Part shown: positions 36,855 through 44,005 of the stretch, in pieces
How the letters are laid out: every line of letters starts with the position of its first letter
Numbering within the stretch: position 1 is the stretch's first letter
Assembly: GCA_040081565.1 (NCBI GenBank)
Contig: JBEBGH010000001.1
Location: 1 to 48,273, forward strand
DNA: 48,273 bases
DNA from: Pirellulaceae bacterium
Lineage (GTDB): Bacteria; Planctomycetota; Planctomycetia; Pirellulales; Pirellulaceae
Reading direction: 5' to 3'
Translations under genes and position numbers: made by a program
Notes under the pieces: generated by a model
What the model saw: the letters and a program-made list of their open reading frames with translations, nothing else
Told to the model about the DNA's origin: nothing
Database searches by the model: none

Positions 36855-38885
36855 ATGCGGACAATGATTGCGGTTATTTTCGGCGTGGTTCTGGCTAGTG
36901 TGAACAGTGCCTTTGGCCAAAGGGTTCCAGATAGTCCACCGCCAAGTACGTCCACTGAGTTTCGCTACTATCGCCTCGGCAATACGGGGATCCAAGGGGA
37001 TTGGAACGAGGCGATTTGGGTCGGGCCGGACGGGGATCCGTGGATCGGCGGTTACGACCCAATCTTCGAGGAAGGCGGGATGGCAAAGCTCATCCAGGCC
37101 GAGGATCGTTTTGTGAACTTGTCCAACGTGGACTTTCGAATTTTAGGTCATCCGAACAACACTGGCACGGTGCGCGTTCAGGACATCGTTGCCGACCGCC
37201 GCGGAGTGCTCTGGTTCCCCACCTGGACGGCAGTGTTCTCGTATGACCCGAAAGTTGGTTCGTCATCATTGAAACGATACGACCTCGACGGGCCGGGCGG
37301 AACTTTTGGTGGTGCCGCTGACGCCGAAGTGGCACCCGACGGAACAATGTGGGTGGCAAGAGGGTTTTCGGTCGGCGTCGACCGGTTCAACCCCTCGACC
37401 CGTCAATGGACCCATTGGGACGTGCTTGCGGATCATTTGGCCATTCAGCCGAAACCGTCCGGTGGATACTACGTCTGGGCCGAGTATCACTTCTCCTTTT
37501 TGGGCGGTGTCATCTCCCGGTACGATAGCGCCACTGGGGTGTGGACGGACATGCCCGCCGATGGCGGCAGAGGCCGTATCTTCATTCTTCAAGAGAAGGA
37601 TGCGGTTGACGACGCGGGAAACGTGTGGGCCTATGACATTGGCGATGATGTTTTTAACGATCCTCTAACTTTGGGGTACCTGCGGCCGGACGCCGTGTGG
37701 GTCGAGGTGCCGACTCCCTGGCCTTTGGGCGAACTCAACGAGTGCGCAGCATTCAAGGCCTATGGCAATGGCCTAGCGATTTGCGCATCGAGCGGGGGAA
37801 CAATCTTTGCGTGGGATGGCGACTCTTGGTCCGACTTGGGTATCGGCGGTGGCGGCGCTTCGGCCGTCGAAGCCGTTGACATCGACGTTGCCACTGGAAC
37901 GGTGTGGACAGCGGGTGCCGGCGGCGCAGCGAAGCGTGACCCATTGACAGGGCATTGGCAACGATACCGAATCACCAACTGTTCGCAGGGTGACAATTTC
38001 GTGCTTGACCTCTCGCTCACGCCCACAGGGGAAGTTTGGACGACTGCTAATATTTCTCCAGGCATTGGCGGATTCCAACATTTTGATGGCACGAAGTGGC
38101 GCGGCTTCAACCAGTTCACATACAGCCTGCCCGGAACCGGTCCGTTCCCTTTCCCTTCGGACTCCACTCAAGCCATTGTTTTTCGGCCATCCAACGGCCA
38201 TGTGGCATTAGGAATGCCCGGAGGTGGAGTGCAGGAATGGACCGGAACCGAGTACATCGACTTGGGGTTGAGCAACTGGTATCCGACGAGACTGCTCGAG
38301 GACTCTCAGGGACGCCTCTGGGCGTTTGCCAACGGCTTCACATTTATCTATTCGGGCGGAGCGTGGCAGGAGTTGGATCTGTTTTCGTCCGACGGCGCCC
38401 CGGCTGCCGATCCGGATCGGCCGGGTTGGGTGTGGATTACGGGATGGGACGGCTCGGTTAGGACCGACGGGACAATCTTCGAAAAAACTCTTCTTCCGGA
38501 ATTGCCGAATGGTTCGGCCCCCATCGGCAACGGCCAGGCGTGGGTTGGCAGCGGTTCGGGGCTGTATCTGGTCAACATGGTGACAAAGACCTTCAAGTTT
38601 TTCGGTACCGGCACGGTTCGCGGCACGAATCCGCGACCGTTTGGCGTATCACCAGATGGCATCCTTTGGTACGGGTGTGACGAAGGCCTCGGTTGGCTGG
38701 GTACGAAAGGCTCCTCGCGTCGGCAGAGCGGCATCTTTCACGCTCCACCTGGCGGAGTACCGCAATGGGGCGGGCTCGCTTGGTGGCCGCAACGAGGAGA
38801 AATTCGCGTCACCCCTAATTACTACGAAATCTGGATGACCACCCCCAGCCGCGGGATCACGGTACTGCGGGTATCCCCGCGCTAG
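36855..38885 (+). CDS. Secreted beta-propeller-like repeat protein (two-component-regulator-propeller-type repeats)
   Basis: RBS AGAGGGGG precedes ATG 36855. Signal MRTMIAVIFGVVLASVNSAFG. Recurrent units are of the type D..G.LW......G...Y (VADRRGVLWFPTWTAVFSYDP; LEDSQGRLWAFANGFTFIYSGG). The protein is Trp/Gly-rich. Confidence 0.7.
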   Translation: MRTMIAVIFGVVLASVNSAFGQRVPDSPPPSTSTEFRYYRLGNTGIQGDWNEAIWVGPDGDPWIGGYDPIFEEGGMAKLIQAEDRFVNLSNVDFRILGHPNNTGTVRVQDIVADRRGVLWFPTWTAVFSYDPKVGSSSLKRYDLDGPGGTFGGAADAEVAPDGTMWVARGFSVGVDRFNPSTRQWTHWDVLADHLAIQPKPSGGYYVWAEYHFSFLGGVISRYDSATGVWTDMPADGGRGRIFILQEKDAVDDAGNVWAYDIGDDVFNDPLTLGYLRPDAVWVEVPTPWPLGELNECAAFKAYGNGLAICASSGGTIFAWDGDSWSDLGIGGGGASAVEAVDIDVATGTVWTAGAGGAAKRDPLTGHWQRYRITNCSQGDNFVLDLSLTPTGEVWTTANISPGIGGFQHFDGTKWRGFNQFTYSLPGTGPFPFPSDSTQAIVFRPSNGHVALGMPGGGVQEWTGTEYIDLGLSNWYPTRLLEDSQGRLWAFANGFTFIYSGGAWQELDLFSSDGAPAADPDRPGWVWITGWDGSVRTDGTIFEKTLLPELPNGSAPIGNGQAWVGSGSGLYLVNMVTKTFKFFGTGTVRGTNPRPFGVSPDGILWYGCDEGLGWLGTKGSSRRQSGIFHAPPGGVPQWGGLAWWPQRGEIRVTPNYYEIWMTTPSRGITVLRVSPR

Positions 38886-38889
38886 TCGA

Positions 38890-39006
38890 ATGGCCAACGT
38901 CAAAGAACAGATCGAGAATGACGAAAAACAAAAAGCCCTTTTTCAATCTCGGCTAGAAGTCATCAATCGATTCGTTGACAAAAATCAGTCCCATGAGCGT
39001 CGCTAG
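38890..39006 (+). pseudogene. Orphan 38-codon remnant duplicating the C-terminus of the 35430-36365 gene
   Basis: It translates to MANVKEQIENDEKQKALFQSRLEVINRFVDKNQSHERR*, against AANVKEQIENDEQQKVLFQSRLEVINRFIDNNQTQEPR* at the end of the HEAT-repeat gene. It begins 5 nt after the stop of the propeller gene. Confidence 0.6.
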
Positions 39007-39012
39007 ACGCGA
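38893..39012 (+). repeat. Direct repeat copy B
   Basis: See copy A. Weaker similarity continues for about 15 nt beyond each copy. Confidence 0.9.
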
Positions 39013-39068
39013 CGCGGCTAAAACCAATCGCTGCCGAATTGGTCGGGAACCGTCGCTTAACGGAGCAT

Positions 39069-41255
39069 CTAATTCGCCGAGCGACTTCGCGGCCGCCTTC
39101 GGCTGGTCATGCCTGCCACCAAGACTATTACCAGCCCGAATCCAGCCGGCTCGGGAACGGAGCTGATTCGTAGAATCCCTGAACTCTGGAACGAAGAAGT
39201 GTCCCAGGTCAGCCCCGAGGAAAGAGGTGCGGAGCTGAAATCGAACAGCATTCCTTGCCAGTTCAAAGTGCCCCAGTCGAACAAGTCGAACTCGTCTCCC
39301 AAAATCGGCGAGTAACCGTTGAGGAAAAGACGCAGCGTGCCACCTGCATCAAATTCTCCTCTTACCCACAACTGGTCGTACTGTCCGTCGCCACTTCCCT
39401 CGATCTCAAAGAGCAACGTGCCGTCGTTTTCGAAATCGCCGTTGAGGTTCAGTAAACCCGGCGAGTTGCCAGGTGAAAATATTCCCTCGTTCAAAATGTT
39501 TCCGTGGACAAATCCGACCAGGTCGTTTGCGGGATCAAAAATCGTTCGCAAATTCAGCCTTGCTCCCGCATGGATCCGGATCCGCTCGTCGACCGTCAGG
39601 TACTGTCCGCCGACGTCGAGTGACATTTCGCCGGACTCGACATCCACGCTCTGGGTTCGGACGATGCGATCGAGAATCATCTGCCGCAATCCGGTGTGGG
39701 CAAAGATGGCCCGACCGATTTCGAGCGCAGGCGTTCCGGTCGACCAGTTTCGGCCATCGCTCCAGCGCATGGTAGGGCCAGGGCCCGAGACGACAACGCC
39801 CCCAAAACCCAACTGGCCAACCCACTGGGTGCTCCCCGGGTAAAAATTGGTTCCTGCCCCGTCCTCATCATAATGACCATATCCCGTTGCCCACCCGTCA
39901 GCCGCTATCGATTGCACACGTTCCAGCGTCCATGTCCCGCTTCCTCCCAAAATACTTTGGATCGGCAAGTCGTTCAGATCCATAATCGTTCCACCGGGGA
40001 GCCAAACAACTGCATGCCAGTAACCAAAGGCTGAGCCTGGTTCGAATTTTGCCGAGGCCCCACCAACAGTGCCGGCTTCATTGATCGTCAGCGCCTGGCT
40101 GTAGTGATACCCAGAATCGCTGATGCTCAGCGGGTTCAGTACAGTTGGTGTCGCCGTGCCAGGCGCCCACTTCAACGCATGGTCACGGACATTCAGTCCG
40201 TTCGTGTCGAATTCGCTGGATGAGCCGACGCCAGTTCCAGACTCATTCATGTCTGAAATGGATTGGAGGTAAACGTAGTCCACAGTCGCTGGCGGATGAG
40301 GACTTTCCAGCAACGTGTAATTGCCGGCGGCGTCCCAATGGATGCCCTGAAAGTTTTGCCGCCCGTCGCTGAAATATTCGGTAAAGCTGCCGAATACCGT
40401 TCCGCTATCTGTAATCCCGTAGGCTTCCGAGAAAATGTTGGTCGCGGTTGAAGTGGGCATCGCCAACTGGATGGCCGTGGTTGATCCGGCGTCCCACCGA
40501 ACCGCCCGGTGTTCATTGCTGAGACCGCTACTGTCCCAAGTGTTCGCGTAACCGACCAGTGTGCCAGCGTTGTTGATCGCCACGGCCCTCGAATGCGTAT
40601 AACCGGTGGCGCTGGTTCCAAGGTTGCCGAGTTCTACGGCCGTCGTGGAGTTGGCATCCCAACGCACCGCGCGCGTACCGAAGTCCGTGCTTGCTGATGT
40701 GCCAACGTAGCTGTAACCCCCAGCGATTCCGCTGTCGCTGATTGCGAGTGCTTCCGAGTACGCAACGGCATTGGAGAGATGTCCAAGATTGACCGGCGCG
40801 GTTGACCCCGCGTCCCAGCGGGCTGCCTGTTGTCCAATATTGTTCGAAGACGTATCGATCAGCGTGTAGCTGCCGGCCACCTGACCGTTGTTGTTCAGGG
40901 ACCAGGCAAAAGAACTGTAGGTTCCGTTGTACGGATTGGTGTTCACATCCAGCAGTTCATAGGCATTTCCCGAGCCATATTCCCAGCGGATCCCGCGGCT
41001 GCCAAGAAAAGTACCGGTCTGATAATGCGAGAAATTGCCGATGGCCTGTCCCGAGCCGTTGACCAAAATGGCGATAGGACTGGCAATGAGGCCCGACCCG
41101 TTCGGCGATTGCCATACCGGCGGGTTGTCGAGCAGCAAAGTGCCTTGAGATGGCGTTTGCGCTGGCCCTAACTTTGGCACCAAGGCCAAACAAACGGCCA
41201 GATATAATCCGGCGGTCAGCCGAATGCAAGAATTGATCGGCCATCTTACGCTCAT
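39069..41255 (-). CDS. Secreted HAF-like extracellular-repeat protein with a PEP-CTERM anchor
   Basis: Signal LTAGLYLAVCLALVPKLGPAQ. There are at least 6 repeats of the type (H/R)A(V/L)(R/K)W(D)..(G/S)T....L (AARWDAGSTAPVNLG, RAVRWDANSTTAVELG, RAVRWDAGSTTAIQL, GIHWDAAGNYTLL, HALKWAPGTATPTVL, HAVVWLPGGTIMDL). The C-terminus is VPEPAGFGLVIVLVAGMTSRRRPRSR. Confidence 0.8.
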   Translation of the reverse strand: MSVRWPINSCIRLTAGLYLAVCLALVPKLGPAQTPSQGTLLLDNPPVWQSPNGSGLIASPIAILVNGSGQAIGNFSHYQTGTFLGSRGIRWEYGSGNAYELLDVNTNPYNGTYSSFAWSLNNNGQVAGSYTLIDTSSNNIGQQAARWDAGSTAPVNLGHLSNAVAYSEALAISDSGIAGGYSYVGTSASTDFGTRAVRWDANSTTAVELGNLGTSATGYTHSRAVAINNAGTLVGYANTWDSSGLSNEHRAVRWDAGSTTAIQLAMPTSTATNIFSEAYGITDSGTVFGSFTEYFSDGRQNFQGIHWDAAGNYTLLESPHPPATVDYVYLQSISDMNESGTGVGSSSEFDTNGLNVRDHALKWAPGTATPTVLNPLSISDSGYHYSQALTINEAGTVGGASAKFEPGSAFGYWHAVVWLPGGTIMDLNDLPIQSILGGSGTWTLERVQSIAADGWATGYGHYDEDGAGTNFYPGSTQWVGQLGFGGVVVSGPGPTMRWSDGRNWSTGTPALEIGRAIFAHTGLRQMILDRIVRTQSVDVESGEMSLDVGGQYLTVDERIRIHAGARLNLRTIFDPANDLVGFVHGNILNEGIFSPGNSPGLLNLNGDFENDGTLLFEIEGSGDGQYDQLWVRGEFDAGGTLRLFLNGYSPILGDEFDLFDWGTLNWQGMLFDFSSAPLSSGLTWDTSSFQSSGILRISSVPEPAGFGLVIVLVAGMTSRRRPRSRSAN

Positions 41256-41506
41256 AAAATTGTCTCTTGATGAAAAAGTCTAGAGTCAAACGAGGTGACA
41301 AAACCTCAAGCCAGCCGTTGTTTCAAACTGCGAAACCGCTGCCATTCTCGATTCACCGGATGCATATTTCGCCAAAGTTTTCCGGAATTTCTGGAAAAAG
41401 AATGCAATTTGATCCCCAAAATTTTTTTGCTTGCCTGTCGAAACAAGGGGCGTCGTGTGGTGCAAAGGATCACGAGGTTTTACAATCGAGCCAATCCTCG
41501 AGTTCA

Positions 41507-41657
41507 GGCACGCCTCGGAGATGCGTGCGACGTCAGAGATGCGTGCGAGGATAGTTGAGGCAGAGTATGGCACGCCTCGGAGATGCGTGCGACGTTAGCG
41601 ATGCGTGCGAGGATGGTTGAGGCAGAGTGTGGCACGCCTCGGAGATGCGTGCGACGT
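41507..41657 (+). repeat. 62-bp tandem repeat, about 2.4 copies
   Basis: Copies start at 41507, 41569 and 41631. Copies 1 and 2 differ at 4 of 62 positions. Each unit holds two copies of GATGCGTGCGA and the inverted pair GCACGC/GCGTGC. Confidence 0.9.
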
Positions 41658-42595
41658 TTTTACAGGTTCTTTCGACTCTACTTTTCCAAGGCGCGACGTT
41701 GGCTACACCCATAATCCACTGTCGCAACTTACAAAAGTGGTACGGCCAGCATCACGTTTTGCGGGATGTTGATTTCCAGATTAAGCCTGGCCAGCTCACC
41801 GGCTTTCTGGGCCCCAACGGTTCCGGCAAAACGACAACCATTCGGATCTTATTGGGGCTGCTCAAACCCAACTCAGGTTCAACGACCATCTTCGGCAAGT
41901 CTTGTCAGACAGACGGCAAGACCGTTCGCGCGGAAATCGGCTACCTGCCGGGTGAAATTCAGTTTTATACAAACCTGAGCGGTCGACGAACCTTGCATTA
42001 TCTGGCTCGCGTCCGGCGTCGAGATTGCACGGACGAAATCGATCGGCTGGCCGAGGTGCTGGAACTGGATTTGGACAAGAAGGTCAGGAAATACTCCACC
42101 GGAATGCGGCAGAAGCTCGGGCTGATCCAAGCCCTGATGCACAAGCCGCAACTGTTGATTCTGGATGAACCCACCAGTGCTCTCGATCCGCTGGTGCGAG
42201 CTGTCGTATTTGATGAACTGCGGAATGTCGTCCGCGATGGGCGATCCGTGCTGTTCTCCAGCCATTCACTCAGCGAAGTCGAGGAGTTGTGCGACGAGAT
42301 TATCATCGTTCGCCGCGGAAAAATTGTCGAGCAGCAACAAATCAGTCACTTGAAGAGCAAGGCGTTGCGACGAGTGAAAGTTGTCTTTGCGTCCACTGCA
42401 GAAATTCCGGCGTCTCTTCCGGCATCCTTGCACGTCCGCGCGAACGACAATACGTTGGTCGGCACCTGGACAGGCAAGACAGCAGACCTGGTCGGGTGGC
42501 TGGCAACCCAAAAGATCGAGGACGCTACGATCGAAGCCCCCGATCTCAGCGACTTGTTCCTGACCTATTACCGCGACGAAGAATCGGGCCAATGA
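41645..42595 (+). CDS. ABC transporter ATP-binding protein (ABC-2 exporter type)
   Basis: Walker A GPNGSGKTT, signature YSTGMRQKLG, Walker B LLILDEPTSALD and an H-loop SSHSL. The start is ambiguous: ATG 41645 lies inside repeat copy 3 with GGAG immediately adjacent, and TTG 41699 with AAGG 8 nt upstream is an alternative. Confidence 0.85.
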   Translation: MRATFLQVLSTLLFQGATLATPIIHCRNLQKWYGQHHVLRDVDFQIKPGQLTGFLGPNGSGKTTTIRILLGLLKPNSGSTTIFGKSCQTDGKTVRAEIGYLPGEIQFYTNLSGRRTLHYLARVRRRDCTDEIDRLAEVLELDLDKKVRKYSTGMRQKLGLIQALMHKPQLLILDEPTSALDPLVRAVVFDELRNVVRDGRSVLFSSHSLSEVEELCDEIIIVRRGKIVEQQQISHLKSKALRRVKVVFASTAEIPASLPASLHVRANDNTLVGTWTGKTADLVGWLATQKIEDATIEAPDLSDLFLTYYRDEESGQ

Positions 42596-43410
42596 TCAAT
42601 CGAGCAATCTTTCGCAAAACTCTCAATGACTCCGCTAGCCTGACGGCGGCGGCCGCGTTCGGCATCATTGGCTTTGTCATTCTATTTGTCTGGGCGATGC
42701 TCAACTTGGGGGACGAAGTCCTCAGTTTCGCTTCTCGGTTTTCGTTTTTGCGAAAGGTATTTGAAGCCGGATTCGGCATCAAGGTCGAAGGCGAAGTCTC
42801 CATCAACATCCTGTTTTCCGTCAGCTTCACGCATGCAGTCGTCTTGGCCCTTTCCTGGGCGGTAATGATTGCGATCTCGACGCGAGTCACTGTTGGCGAA
42901 ATTGAGAAGGGGACTGCGGATTTGTTGTTGACGTTGCCGGTGTCTCGTAGCGAGGTTTATATTTCGACGTCGCTGGTCTGGATTCTGGCCGCGATCCTGT
43001 TAGCCTTTTGCCCGGTCATTGGCGTGTGGGTTGGCTCGCTGATTTTCAAAACTCCGGAAGAGGTTGAGGTCGTACGCTATTTCAAACCCGCGGCGAATTT
43101 TCTCTGTCTGCTGTTGGCGGTCGGGGGCATTTCAAGTTTGGTTGCCTGTTGTCTGGATCGCCGTGGCCCGGCCATCGCGATTGTCGTCGGAGTCGTGCTG
43201 ATATCTTCGGTCCTAAATTTCATCGAACCCTTCATTGAATCCCTCAAGCCCCTCCGCTTTTTTGGCCTGCTCAACTATTTCCGCCCTGTCGACGTCTTCC
43301 GAGCCAACACTTGGCCTTTGAACTCCATGAGCATCCTGCTTCTCCTCTCCTTCACTTGCTGGTTCCTCGGCCTCCTCATCTTCCACCGCCGCGAAATCCC
43401 GACAGCGTGA
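42592..43410 (+). CDS. ABC-2 type transporter permease
   Basis: ATG 42592 overlaps the ATPase stop (ATGA). 272 aa with about 6 hydrophobic helices. The ORF-track extension to 42289 lies inside the ATPase gene. Confidence 0.75.
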   Translation: MINRAIFRKTLNDSASLTAAAAFGIIGFVILFVWAMLNLGDEVLSFASRFSFLRKVFEAGFGIKVEGEVSINILFSVSFTHAVVLALSWAVMIAISTRVTVGEIEKGTADLLLTLPVSRSEVYISTSLVWILAAILLAFCPVIGVWVGSLIFKTPEEVEVVRYFKPAANFLCLLLAVGGISSLVACCLDRRGPAIAIVVGVVLISSVLNFIEPFIESLKPLRFFGLLNYFRPVDVFRANTWPLNSMSILLLLSFTCWFLGLLIFHRREIPTA

Positions 43411-43892
43411 TTCGAAGTGATCGCCGCACACGCCGATGGCATGACGGCGCGAAACTGCGTCGGTTCTTCGAGCAGAAGCTGACGGTCAAAGATGTCGAGG
43501 CCCTTGCTCCGGCGATCTTCGCGGCGGTCAAAACGCCAAGCCCCGCGGACATGATGTTCGGCAACGAAATTCGCGTGGGGGGCTTCATGGCCCTGGCGAA
43601 ATACAACTACCGCGAAGCGATCGAGCTGGGTGTGCTGTTCGCCAAAACCCAAGGTGGCCACGGCAGCGAAAACCGCACCGGCGAGATCATGAAAGAAATC
43701 ACCCGCTTCGGCTCCGCCGCCAAAGACTCCATCCCCGCCCTTCGTGAACTCATCGCCGACTTCAACGCCCAATCCCACGGCAGCGAATTCCCCAAAGGCG
43801 AACTAAACACCCGCCGCATCCCCGCCACCCAATCCGGCATCGACGCAATCGAGTCTGCAATTACTTACTCCGACATCCGCACGATCATGTAA
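43407..43892 (+). CDS. Hypothetical helical-repeat protein, possibly the 5'-truncated remnant of a larger gene
   Basis: The open frame has no ATG until codon 39 or so. The only plausible start is GTG 43407, overlapping the permease stop (GTGA). The sequence (IPALRELIADF...) resembles the C-terminal HEAT-like end of larger planctomycete proteins. Confidence 0.35.
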   Translation: MIRSDRRTRRWHDGAKLRRFFEQKLTVKDVEALAPAIFAAVKTPSPADMMFGNEIRVGGFMALAKYNYREAIELGVLFAKTQGGHGSENRTGEIMKEITRFGSAAKDSIPALRELIADFNAQSHGSEFPKGELNTRRIPATQSGIDAIESAITYSDIRTIM

Positions 43893-44005
43893 AGCCCTGC
43901 CAACAGACTTTTTGCCGAACAGACTTGAAACATGCCTGTATCGCGTGTATCATTATGTGATTCGTACTCCACGCGCAGCTATCGGTCTTGTAAAGAGCAG
44001 TAGAG

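Noticed and set aside
41507-41657. Possible CRISPR array
   Set aside because: The whole 62-bp unit is repeated head-to-tail with no unique spacers, there are only about 2.4 copies, and no cas genes are present. It is a plain tandem repeat.
42289-42591. N-terminal extension of the ABC-2 permease ORF
   Set aside because: It lies inside the ATPase gene in another frame. ATG 42592 forms an ATGA stop/start overlap typical of coupled ABC genes.
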